From Catajapyx aquilonaris (taxonomy: Eukaryota), in the NCBI GenBank assembly GCA_000934665.2, contig KZ537996.1, forward strand, positions 248,001-306,160: a stretch of 58,160 nt of DNA, in the 5' to 3' direction. Made by a program: the position numbers and the translations under genes. Positions 1 to 12,157 of this stretch are shown one piece after another. Every line of letters begins with the position of its first letter. Positions within the stretch are counted from its first letter, which is position 1. Under the pieces are notes generated by a model. That model had not been told where the DNA came from, did not search any database, and saw only the letters and a list, made by a program, of their open reading frames with translations.

Positions 1-227
1 GCGCTTCCGTCAAACCGTCCCCAAGATTACCGGCTAATCCGGTTGCCGTTGCATTTCCCGGATTGCACTTTCAATTTCCGCCTATTTACGGTATACGCCT
101 GACTCTACGTCTCATTTTCAGTCTGTATGGTATGGCTCGTAGTTATTCCTTTTTTACCACCTCCCCAAATGCGGTATACGAATGACTATACATATAGCCT
201 AGCTGTCGTCACAGCTTCTGCGTTATA

Positions 228-544
228 CAGGGTGTTTCAACTTTTTTGTCCGAACAGTTATCGGAAAATTGCACGTAGCTGCTACTTTGTAAGCCAGTGA
301 CTTGCAAAGGGAATATTCCCTGCGTATCGTAGGTTGAAGTGGCATACGTGCTGCCCGCTGAAAATTGAGGGTCAAGCCTGGAAAAAAGAGGGTCACACAT
401 GCCATGGGATGTGTGATCCTCTCTTTCCCCATTCCCCATTCCCCGTTCCTCCGACAAATCATCCGTTGCAAGTCACTGCTTCAAAAGTAGCGGCTACGTG
501 CAATTTTCCGATAACTGTTCGGACAAAAAAGTTGAAACACCATG
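228..544. mobile_element. Tc1/mariner-type MITE, family A, copy 1
   Basis: Long TIR CAGGGTGTTTCAACTTTTTTGTCCGAACAGTTATCGGAAAATTGCACGTAGC with its inverted copy at the right end and TA at the left flank. Closely similar to 57170-57499. Confidence 0.9.
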
Positions 545-1709
545 GTAGGCCTATATGACTCAATAGTGGTACGGTAATGCTTCCATATACATTGGGACTT
601 TGACTCGACGATTTCATAACAATGTGCTTTTTTTCTTACCTATATACTGTATAAGCTACCGGTACTGTCAAACTCAACCGATTTTTTCCTACCCTATATA
701 AACCAACTCTTTAAGATTTTAAAATGATGATTTGGAATGTTTTAAAAGGGGTACCGGTACCGTAGGCTATATGCTGCTCAAATGTAATTTCCGTACACCA
801 ACTTTATACGTCCAAATAATGTGGAAATATGGCTATCTGAAATTAATTTGCACGAATAAATTACACCTTCACAGCTTAAGAAAATTTATGTTACTGCTGT
901 AATTTTGTAGGCCACAAAACCCCTCTTTAGCAATAACACAGGCGGCAGAAAATTATTTTGAAATTTTGTACAGCAAAGTGAGTCAATGTCACCGCCCATG
1001 ATTGCATCAGCTTCGAAATGCACATGTACTAATAACGTCTGAAATGAGACGATTCTAAGAAACGACTTAATCCAAAATTCGACATACCGGTATTATAAAG
1101 AATTGTTTATTATGCATATTATTTTCTGTTAGAGTATCTGATTTTTTACGTGCTTGCTGCATATTTTGTTGTTATAATAAACCGTCAGCATGTTCAACAA
1201 ATATTCGCAATGTAATATGTTTCTGTACAGAGTGGGTTTGACTTGCTACTTTCCACGTGGTTGCGTGAGTTTGCTAATATATGCCTGCTGTGGCATTGTT
1301 TCGTGCAATATAAATTACCACTTTATTAATATTAAGCTAAACAACATAATACTTGCTTCAACATTCTTTGCATGAGCGACGGCAAGAGTTGCCATGGCAT
1401 TTTGTACCTTGTATCATTATTCTCCCTGCCACTCCGTGTCATTGCACCAGTAAGACTCATGTCATTCATTCACACGCACCCATAAACATCAGGGCGTTTC
1501 CTTATACAAAAAAATGTCGGCACGCGTGTGGACATGACCATTTCCGTAGAATATCTGCCAAGTTTACTTAATTGATGGTACAGTATATTCCTGTAATTTT
1601 GTTTCGCTATCTTATTGTCAATCTGATTGTGGTTTTAACAATCCTGCAGACTTGATAACTTTGTTGCCATTGCATCAAGCATGCTTTATTGCGTCAAGCT
1701 ATTATTGAG

Positions 1710-1838
1710 GGCCGGGTTCACCGAGCTCGGTATATGATAAAACCAGGTCTCTTTATATAGGAAAGTCCAAACAAATATGTTGGGATTTTCCGAAAGAACC
1801 CAGGTTTTATCATATTACCGTGCTCGGTGAAACCAGCC
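1710..1838. mobile_element. short MITE, possibly PIF/Harbinger-like
   Basis: Left ggccgggttcaccgagctcggtatatgataaaacc is the imperfect reverse complement of right ggttttatcatattaccgtgctcggtgaaaccagcc. TGA lies near both flanks. Confidence 0.7.
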
Positions 1839-3501
1839 TGAGTTGAATTTGTGTTCAATCCCTCCTATGTGAACTTGGCTCTTTTTTTATATTGGGATCG
1901 TGATCATAACCAACCGAATATTTTGAACAATGGACAATGTTTAGAATGTGTTAGATTTAATGCATATAACGTGGGTGGTGACCAATGCTCGAAACTTCGC
2001 TTCAGTTCATATAGCCCTATTATTAACCCTCTTAATATTTTTATAGCCCCTAAAAATAACTGTAAAAATTAACCAGCTGAAACGGGGGCCATGCGTGTTG
2101 CTCAAGGATGATATAAAATTGTTTGTGCCACTCTTTTCAACTAAATACTTCAGAATACAACAATACGATGCTGAATGAAACGGTGTCACTATGTAACGGA
2201 TGGTCCTTCATTTCTCACCCCACCACGGAAGATTGACCAGGAGTTCTGAATCAGCCTGTGTATATACTGTATAAGCTTAGTAACTGGTGTTCTTAAGATT
2301 TTGTTCTTCCAAGCACTCGTGACATTTTATCATGTTATATTGCTACAAGGCAAACTAAACTGTCGGATTGCAAATCCACACTCATATTAAATTGGCTCGA
2401 AAAATAAAATAATTAACGTGAAAAGCGCATGTAACAATATCAACGAGCGAGTTATTAGCTGGCAGTTTCATCCACTTTATTTAAGGCACACAATCATGCA
2501 CATAGCATGTGACTGAGCTATTTTCACAACTTGACAACGATTTGCACCCGCCTACATTATCAGAACGGGTATTTAAAAATGACAGTCTTTTGCCGCAACT
2601 ATTTACAAGACATAGAATGGTCAAATTGTACTGAATGTTAGCGATTATTGACTAATCCTGAAACATGTCAGAAGATAACAATGACATCCAATTTTTGTGC
2701 CTCTAACTTGAATGATTAAAAATGTATCTTCTTTCAAATTTGTAGTACAGTATATCGGAGTACATAGAGGAAGCTTTCGTAACTCCTTTTTTGCATTGTT
2801 ATAAACATTTTTCTTTGTAATTAATTTTACCGGTACCCTGTTGATGTCCATTTCATCCTCCACTCCAACCTACCGCAACACAGAGCAACCTTAACACATG
2901 CTTGTGACTTGTACATAATTTGTGGTCCATACCAACATTATCTTTAATTTGAAGGTCAGTCAAGCTCCCCCAAAATATTCAACTGATTAAATAAAAAAAT
3001 GCCCCAATTTTTTCAGAATAATGAGTTGGGATGATCCACTTTTATGCCTAACCACTGCTTCTTTTCCTCTTTCTTTTTTTTTATCTTTCACCTATTTGGG
3101 ATGCAAATCCTTGACAAGGCCGACCGACATAGAGCTGAATGGGAACTTTTATGGATTGGGGAACGACCTGAGCAAAGAGGCCCCCCTTTCCCCCCATCCT
3201 CCTCCACCATTCGACCCCCTCTCTCTACCCGTAAACAAGACGTTGGTGAGCCATCCAGAGACCCTTTTATGTCCCTTATGACGCGACCTCCGAGAACGAG
3301 TCCTCGCTTGCGGACGCCCACGGTTAAATAAAACCCAAATGAGTTGCAAAGAATTTACCGAGCTGGGAAGTGGCTTTTAGCTGCTCTAACGACTCATCAT
3401 TGTGACAAGGAAATGGGGAAATGAGTAAATAAGTGAATAAAACTGGCCCTAGCCTCCTCTCTTTTTTTTACAACATCTTGAGAGGTGGGGGGGGGGGGGG
3501 G

Positions 3502-3509
3502 NNNNNNNN
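3502..3509. other. undetermined bases within a poly-G run
   Basis: Run of n; a further single n at 54190. Confidence 0.99.
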
Positions 3510-4423
3510 GGGTGTTATTTTATTTTATTTTATTTATGCAGGGTTGTCGGCAACAAAAGTTTCTGGGTGCCTGACGTGCACTGAACGCAGTCACCATTTA
3601 CAGCCTCGTTATCGCTCCACAAAATGGTCTTAAAAAAGAGGGAGTGACAAGAACGATACTAGATTTCCCTGATTGAGGGATAGAGGGTCCTCGGGAGCGT
3701 ATAAAAGGAAGATTGCTGCTCTCAGCTAACAGTTATGGCCCCAGCAGGACAGCTTTGGCCTCCACACTCCAGGCCTATCCGGTATTATCGGAAGTGCTTG
3801 CCCAATCATCGCCCTACTTCCTTCCCTCCATTTTAACACCTAGAAGGCTACCTTTGTAAGGGAGGGTGCCATCTTCAAAGCGTTTAAAACGTCATTTCCG
3901 GGGGACTGTGGGCTGCTGCGGTGGGAAAAGCCGTTGGTCATATACTTGAGCATTTTATTGACACTCCGATAGCTGCGTAAAAGACTAATTAATAGCCGGC
4001 ATTTATTATTCATTTGCAGAGCAACAATATCGGAGTAATCAGGGAGCTTTACTGCTAACTCAAATGGCCGCGCTAATGGGAGCGGTGGCTAGTACATTGT
4101 GTACCGGTACTGGTACTTCATAAAAGAAGGGTTCTCAGGTGCTCAAAATGCCATTTTATTTATTAGGTTGGTTAATTACTAAACCGAAAGAGTTTGTGGT
4201 TACATCGCTTATTGCAATCAGGGAGTAATGTAATGGGTGTTTTGAGGTAGAAATGTGCAGGTTAATCATCACATTCCAATGGCATGTAGTAAAAAAATAT
4301 GCAGCAAATCTTTTCTTCTGTAGTATTATTTATTATTTATTTCTGTAGTATTATTAAAACAGTAGGCTAAATTCTGAATTGAATGCGAAATAAGATAATT
4401 ATACAACACTCGTTATTTATATA

Positions 4424-4464
4424 CAGGGTGTCTCAACTTTTTTGTCTGAACAGTTATCGGAAAA
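4424..4464. mobile_element. MITE family A, TIR fragment
   Basis: ta-cagggtgtctcaacttttttgtctgaacagttatcggaaaa matches the family A TIR. Confidence 0.8.
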
Positions 4465-5866
4465 GCCTATGTATCTTCTATAGCTATGTAGCCAGAACAC
4501 TGGAAACTTGGAACACTTGGAAACAAGACACTGAAGAGGTGATGTTTTGATAGAACCGTGCACGATATATTAGGCTGTAATGTTTTCACAAATTAGAGTA
4601 ACCTACATTATGCAACCTTTTCTTCAAAATTCTTAATTATTTGTCACTAACTATTTCACGTCACCTTCGCAATATTGCCTCTCACAAATGTGGCAACCTT
4701 CATAAACATCTTCACAACACAGTCTGCTGTAAGTCCTCATGACCATATAAACAGTCACTGATACTCTTATAGTATATTCACAAAAATATTATTATAATTA
4801 TAAATGTATTACCGGAATCCTATAGATATAGGGCTATTTACAACGCAACAGGGGAAGGATAATTATAGTTTCGTTGGAAATATATCTCCGGAAGCATGTG
4901 CGCTAACTGCATAGTGAAATCAGGAAATCACAATCGGTATAAAAACAGATGTCTAATTTCGCATTCAACTCAGCTGACTGCATTTGTAATGACTGATCCA
5001 TGTGAAGGTATATAGCTTTGATATAAGTTATACCCGGTTATACCTTACTATAACGGATGTAATGAGCAACGGCCGAGGTCGTTGTTGGGTTTTTAATAAT
5101 TAAAAAAACCGAAGCTGGGACTGATCGCACTGATCGTGAGTGTTGCATGAGTCATATATTAATAATTATGCTCACTTTTCAAGGACTATTACTAACCACA
5201 TGGTGCATCTTATAATGACCTGTGGGGCATACATGCGGGGGTATCTTGTTACGTTAACGTAAGCCGTATATAGGGTCGCATGAATATTTTGGCATACAAA
5301 ATTATGAAATTATGGGTGTCAACTAACACAAGAAAGATAAAATAGGAGGCATGAAATATGTTCCATTTCACCCTCGTGGTGTTTGTTATTGGCATTGCGA
5401 TCCACGCAATGATCATTCGTCTATGACTTGACCTCACGTGAGTTTAGGTGAGTTCGCACAACCAACTGCGCCGAACGTGTAAGTGCAATATGTGCCCTCA
5501 TTTAAATTGTTTATTTCTTTTTCCAGATGTGTGTTGGAGGCTTAATTCCCACTACGGAGAAGAGGAAATGAGTCGTGGTGTTTTTAACAGCACTGCATCC
5601 CATATACAGTATGGCCATTAGCACCCTTCCACCATATCCTCAAGTTAATAAAGTAAGCTAATGACAAGGAAAATAATCTTACTTTTGTTCTCTCAATGCA
5701 TCTGAGAACTTCATATTCCATTCTGCATCCTCATCACAACCGCGTATGTTGGGAGGAGAATACACTGTTCATTTCGTATAGGTTATGGCAACCGATAAAT
5801 GTGCATTTTCCTACTTGTTGAAGTGGAAAGTAGTTCATAGTATAATATTATGTATATGATGAAAGA

Positions 5867-6445
5867 CGTACTAAAATTATTTACAATTTTTTTGCCACAA
5901 ACACAGTGCCCGTACAGGTCTGCAGATAGTCACACATTATACATATCCTCCTGGAGCCGAATTCACTACAACCACAGGTGTGTCAGCCTCTCCAGGCCCT
6001 CCAGGAACCACTTTTTGGAGGTGCGACACACCCACAACCGGACAACTGTGCACAATCAACAACGTAAACAAATGTCAACAGTGTCCTCGAAATGGCGTCG
6101 GAGAAGGGTTTTTTTCATGGATCTGGGTTTAGGTGCTTCCACACCCGCTGCACTCACCCGGTTTGGCCCCCAATGACTTTCACCTGTTCATATCCATGAA
6201 AAAACCTGAAAAAAACTCCTTCGCTGATGCAATTTCGAGGACATTGTTGACTGTATAAGCAGTTGTCCGGGAGGGGGTGCGCTGAACCTCCAAAAAGTTC
6301 TTCCTGGAGGGCACTGAGAGGTTTCACACCCATGACTCCTGTGTATTTGTCTCCAGGAGGATTCCATCTATAATATGTGACTATTTGCCGACCTGTACTG
6401 GCACTATTTGTGGGGGGAAAATAAATTGTAAATCATTTTAGTACG
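5867..6445. mobile_element. ~580 bp foldback element with long diverged arms
   Basis: Arms of about 260 bp align in inverted orientation (cgtactaaaa/ttttagtacg, atcctcctggag/ctccaggaggat, actttttggaggt/acctccaaaaagt, tgtcctcgaaat/atttcgaggaca). Confidence 0.8.
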
Positions 6446-8955
6446 GCCCACGTAGATTAAAATATGCCAGGTGTGATGTCCTCGAAGAACTGTAAGACCT
6501 TGCCAACACCGAGCAACCCATGCTGATAAACAATTTCATAACTTTGTTCCTGGCTGATGCTCTGATCAATAATGTAAAACTATGCAATATTATAACATAC
6601 TGAAATTAACATTTTAATATATCATCATAACGATACTAGTGCAACGTATAACAGTTTGTTATTGTCATGTTATTCTCATACCGTACATTATTCTATATAG
6701 CAGTGGTTCTCAATGTTCCAAATTGCAATCAACCTGGTCTGCATGCAGAGAATCCTCCCCTATATATTAAATCATCGTCCAGAAACCATTTTCTTTCTTG
6801 ATGATAACGTAGTTACTGAAACTTACGCTATTTGCGAAAAAAAAAGTGTCTCCATTTAAGGATCACTGTTTTAGAGATTGTAATATTTCTCTCTCAGAAC
6901 ACTAACTTGACCTTCAGAAGATGCGTTTCAATGACCATAATACAAAATGGCTAATTCAATTTCCACCTAAATGTGTGTCAGAGAGTCATGCATTTCAGGT
7001 TTTCATTTTTAAATTTCATTTTTTTCCCTCACCCAGTCAAGTATATAGGCCTGTACAGCACAAAATCATGCATTGAAGTAATTCTAATATTGTAGCACTG
7101 TAAAGGGGGATAATGTTAGTTTGCTCTTTTTTGGAGAATTGTATAAAAGAGTTATCACATGATTGCTTTCACCACAGCTTGGCTCAGGTAGTCGGCGAAA
7201 TATCGGCGGATGCCAATGTGAGCTAAAAATCTAACATATACTCATTTTATTGCGTGTCTTGAGTAAATATAGCAATAAAACTTATATTTTGAAATATTTT
7301 CATTGTGAAACAAAAAATGCCAGCACATTTATAATTTAATTTATTAGTTTTATTATAAGTGAAGAATTGTCATGCAGAACAGTGAAAGTCACATTTTGGT
7401 TGAATCAGACATGGCATAATGTAGCCCATGAAAAATGTATACTCTGTACATTCTTAGTAATATTACTATTTCAATAAGTCGAAAATGACTCATTTTTCCA
7501 GCTATTCAGGTGGCAGGAAGACTCTTTCTCTACTTCCAACCGCCGCGCCGTCATTATTCCTTATAAAATGCATTTTTCTACTTATTGACGTGGTTGCGCC
7601 ATTTTTCCATAAAGAGCCATTACAAGCCATTATAATTATAATAAGGCTTGAAGATAAATTATTATCTAAGGGGTGCTGCAATAGTCAAACTTCAAATCCT
7701 CATATTTAGATACCATTCAAATGTGATTCGGATCGTTCTGCATTTCAGGTTTTAATAGGCTATGATAGTATAATCATCAAAAAATCATCTTATGAAACAA
7801 GTCCACTGAATTTAAAATGAGGCATACAACCGGGATGTGACGTCCATCATTAAAATGCTTACAAAATTAATTTTGTATAAAAAACTGCAGCATAATGGCT
7901 TTTCAACTTAAATATCAAAGCAAAAAATGTCGAAACTCTACCATAATTCTTATAACAACAAGTGTTATGAAAATGTGAAAAGTTTATATAGGAATGTCCT
8001 TCACTTTTGTAAAATAACAAAGCGATCTTTTGGCTACTTGGCTCAAGGATTATGAGTCTTACAGCACGCATGACCAATAATATGAATAATAGAACTCGGT
8101 TCTAAGTTATAACAAACGGGCATTTCCTCCATAGCAGCTAGAGCAATCCCAATATTTTGTGAGCAGCCCCAATTGTATTTTTTGGATGCTATAAAGAGAG
8201 CAGAGCACCGCATCCGTTCTTCCCCATCATCAACGGCAGATAAAACTATAATGAGCATCCCCTATAAAGCTAGCAGAAAGCGTAGGCCCAGGGAGAATGA
8301 TGGCCCCTACCCCTCCATGCTCAAAAACAGTGCAGCTTCAATCCCAGTTGGCCTGCCGCAGTTGCAGCCAAAATTGTGACCTACATCAAGCCTAATAAAT
8401 AAATACAAAACAATCTCCCGCGGCGAAATTGTTCTAGACAATGCGCACCCTCATTTTTCAAACTTGGGGATTACCGGTAGGCCTATATGTATGGAAACGA
8501 GGCAGCGTTATGCATGAAGGCGTTTGATGTCAGGCCATTACTCGGAATTGCCCATTACCCGGATTACGCATTGTTGGAGAGAAGAGTTTGACGCAATTTG
8601 AATGGAGTAGCACATTCGCCATATGAAATGTATGAAGACATTTTGCTGCCAAATGCCGTGAAAATCTGAAAGCGACTGATGAATATTAGAAATCTCTTGC
8701 CCTCGTCGTTACGCGGATATCATTTATAACACTTAGGTGTCTCTATTTTTTGGCGAGGTTTATTTCACATCATTTCACACACTAAATCATTTGTCGATTC
8801 ATGTACCGACTCGGAGGTGGTGTTTTGTGAGTAACAAAATGAGGGGCTCCCAACAAGAGTGATTCAAGTCACAAAATGTTGTTTCCAAAAAAATGGGACT
8901 TAAAGTTAATGACATACACTGAAGTCATTTGTGATCAAATTTGCGGTTCAAGTCG

Positions 8956-9275
8956 TCAAGAAATCTTTCTGCACAACAACCAGTATTGCATGTGAAATAT
9001 GGTATCGCGACGATGCCAATGGTATATACTGTATTACTTTTTCCATTATTTTTTTTGCCACTGGAACCACTCTTGTTGAGAGCCCCTCAAATACCGTCTA
9101 CAAGTCGGTACATGAATCGTTACCGACTTGTACGGTATTTGAGGGGCTCTCAACAAGAGTGGTTCCAGTGGCAAAAAAATAATGAAAAAAGTAATACAGT
9201 ATATTATACCATTGGCATCGTCGCGATACCATCTATCACGTGCAATACTGGTTGTTGTGCAGGAAAATTTCTTGA
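8956..9275. repeat. near-perfect 320 bp palindrome (foldback core)
   Basis: Arms of about 155 bp around a 10 nt loop at 9111-9120, e.g. gccactggaaccactcttgttgagagcccctcaaataccgt / acggtatttgaggggctctcaacaagagtggttccagtggc. Confidence 0.92.
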
Positions 9276-9416
9276 TCATAATGTACTATATATATATCAC
9301 TCAAAAAGATGGAGACGATTTTACATATTTTGGTTTCAATGCAAAATGGTCTCTATCTTTTAGAGCGATATGGTACCATTTTCAAGTCAGTACTGTAGAC
9401 GGTACTTGTTGATCAC

Positions 9417-9695
9417 TAACCGAAGCAGTTTGGAGTAGGGGATGGTGCCCGACTGCTAATCGCGGGGTCCTGGGATCAAATCCCGGGGCCGGCAACTCTG
9501 ACCGTGGTTTTCTGTGGTTTCCCACGGTCATTCCAGGAAAATTCCGGAGTTGCTTCCGTAATTAATAGGCCACAGCCGCTTCCTTCCATCTCTATCCTAT
9601 CCCAAAAAGCGCAGTAAAATGAAAAGCAAAGAGTTCCAGGCAAAACAAACTTCCCCCCTAAAGAGCCGATAGGCTGATAACGGGGTATGAATTAT
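9417..9695 (+). mobile_element. tRNA-headed SINE with Nin/Deu-like central domain
   Basis: B-box-like gggatcaaatccc. The core ggttttctgtggtttcccacggtcattccaggaaaattccgg...aggccacagccgcttccttcc resembles the Nin/Deu SINE domain as recalled. 14 bp TSD tacttgttgatcac at 9403-9416 and 9696-9709. Confidence 0.85.
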
Positions 9696-11918
9696 TACTT
9701 GTTGATCACAATATACCACCTCCAAGTCGGTACATGATACAGTGTATACCATATTCCATATTCCAAGACATGCATCGCATAATTCTCGGTTTATTATCAC
9801 TAAAAAAATTCTAATCACAAGTAAGCAGCGTTGCTATCTTCTATCCTATAGGCCTACATATAACCACCTCTTTTTTTGTGCCCCTTTTTACTCCTTCGCC
9901 GCGTTAATTAATAAGCTTTTGTTCGGAAGAAGTATGAGATGGTCCGGTATTGAATATTATCTCGCCCTTTTGGAGCCCCCTATATCCTCAATTGTGCATC
10001 TACGAGACGCTCCTCCCCCACTATTATAATCTCCCTTCCTTGTTCCCTTGGAATATAAGATTCCTCCTCTCCCTGCAGGAATCTCAAACATTTTCTGACG
10101 AATGTCCCACCATTTGAAGGAATTTTTTTTTCTTGAGAAGAAGACGGTCCTTTTCAATAGGCTAATTGGGATTTTTCCACCTAGCTAACAAGACGCTGCC
10201 CCCCTGCTTTGTTCTTTTCTAAAAAAAAGAAGAAAAAAAATCCCACTTCTCCCCACCCTTCTCCCATCCCTTAGGCCCTGCCGCCACTTAAGAATTATTT
10301 CTTTTAATAATCACGTAGCCCTAGTGGCGGCGGCCGCCTCTTGAGAAATATGTGAATTGCTCTCTGCCTGTCATTTTATTCAGGATTCTGCTCCGAGTTC
10401 CTTGCCCGCCCTGACACGACCCGTAAATTCCAACCCTGCTAATATTTCTTTTTAGGTTAGGTGAGGGGGTGGATGGGATAGGTTGAAGGGGGAGACCAAG
10501 AGGCCGCCACAGGCTTGAAAAAAAAGGTGAAAAAAAAATTATAGGAGGAGCTTCAAACCACAGGCTGAATTACAAACCACCAGCTCCTTTTTTTTGGTGG
10601 GAGACCTTACCAATATTTAGCCATTTTTAACAGTGCGGCTTAAAAATTGCTGGCGTTTTCAACATGGTGACGTACCACTTGTGTTGAATTGTTGGCGGTG
10701 TTCAACAGAGCGGGTTGTAGCCACAGGGTGATATTTTGGACACGGGGTAGTGGCCTCCTTTTTAAAGGCCGACGCCATCATGGTCATCCCCCCCGACGCC
10801 AGGTGTACTCACATGTGAAATTAAAACCCGCCATTTAATGGCTGTGTAATTAGCTGGATTTTTTCCTTCAAAAATATGTACTGTGACAATGGGAGGGTAC
10901 CCCCTCCCCCCTCCAAAAAAACGTGTGGTGGAGAGGGGGGCCGTATCTGGTACATTATCACTTCCAGGCATGAGGCTCGTTCATCATGGGATTTTCATCT
11001 GGGTTTCTTTACACGCAAACTAATCGCGGGGCAAAAAGCGCTCATGTGTGCAAGGACGTGGCGTCAACTTTTAATTCAATCCTTAATTGACGATCGCGTT
11101 GGTATGGGGTCCTCCTCACCGCACTATCTGCATTATATACGGGCCATTTCGGCAGATAAACATAGATTTGTGTCCACGAGGATATACGACTGGTAGAGTT
11201 GCATCCTGAGATGACAAGGTAGTAACCTACCTTACAGGTGACTATGATGTCACTTAACTGCGCAATAAAAATAGCGGTGAGTGTAGCGCAGTTTTAAAAA
11301 AACTAATGATTTGTGGCGATCAGACTGGCCTTGCACCTTTACATATACAAAGTCCAATGCTGGAAAATATACACCTCACATTGCTTTTAAGTAGTACCGT
11401 CAGGCGTCTCCACCTTACAATACTCATGCTGACTTACCTGTAAATCGCGAGTGTTTTCCCTATCATGTTCCTACCACACTACCAGGAAGCAGAGGATAAC
11501 ACGCAATTTACTCTATTGGCAAAAAATAAGATATCTAATTGTTTTATCAGCTATCTATCTTGTTCACAAGACGCTAATTAGTCCTACTTGTCTGTATACA
11601 GAACACATGAGCCATTTCCCTAATGAAATCTCACTAATGTGTGACCTGTACCATGTAATCTATACCGATATACCAAAAAACATAGGCTGGCCTTGTACAA
11701 TTGTTGCAATGGGGTAGTCAGATTTAATCTTGATTGGTACGTATAACTGAGCTTTTTTGATGTGCAGATGTAAAGAACTCATGAGGAACTCCTTGTGGAT
11801 CAAACTATGAATATAGGCCTACCTACCACAATAATAACTAACATTGCCCAATACCACCTGTGCAGCTGTGCGGCATAGTACATTCATCTTCTGGAAAAAT
11901 GCAACTCCACCCATCGCT

Positions 11919-12157
11919 TTATCTGAATGCAATCCTACTCCAAATCGCCCACAGCGATAACTGAGGGCGATATGATGCTCCGAACGTTTGGTATTGTCAT
12001 ACTATACAGCAGGGGAAATGGTTCAAATTATTTCAGTGGTTATTCCTTCTAATAAGAATACGATAATTTTTGTGATACCTTGTATCAAATAAAACCGAGT
12101 CTCATATCGCACTCAGTTATCGCGGTTAGTGATCCGGAGTAGGTGGAATTCAGATAA
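11919..12157. mobile_element. MITE with ~60 bp imperfect TIRs
   Basis: ttatctgaat...cctactcc...gcgataactgagggcgatatga versus tcatatcgcactcagttatcgc...ggagtagg...attcagataa. Confidence 0.75.

Noticed and set aside
4376..4971. 22 bp inverted pair gaattgaatgcgaaataagata / tgtctaatttcgcattcaactc
   Set aside because: Short, with no TSD or further support; possibly an old element but not callable.
8676..8700. ctgatga...gaaa hammerhead-like core
   Set aside because: No stem II or stem III pairing.
8931..9412. Mirror-image ORFs with similar peptides on both strands
   Set aside because: An artefact of the palindrome.
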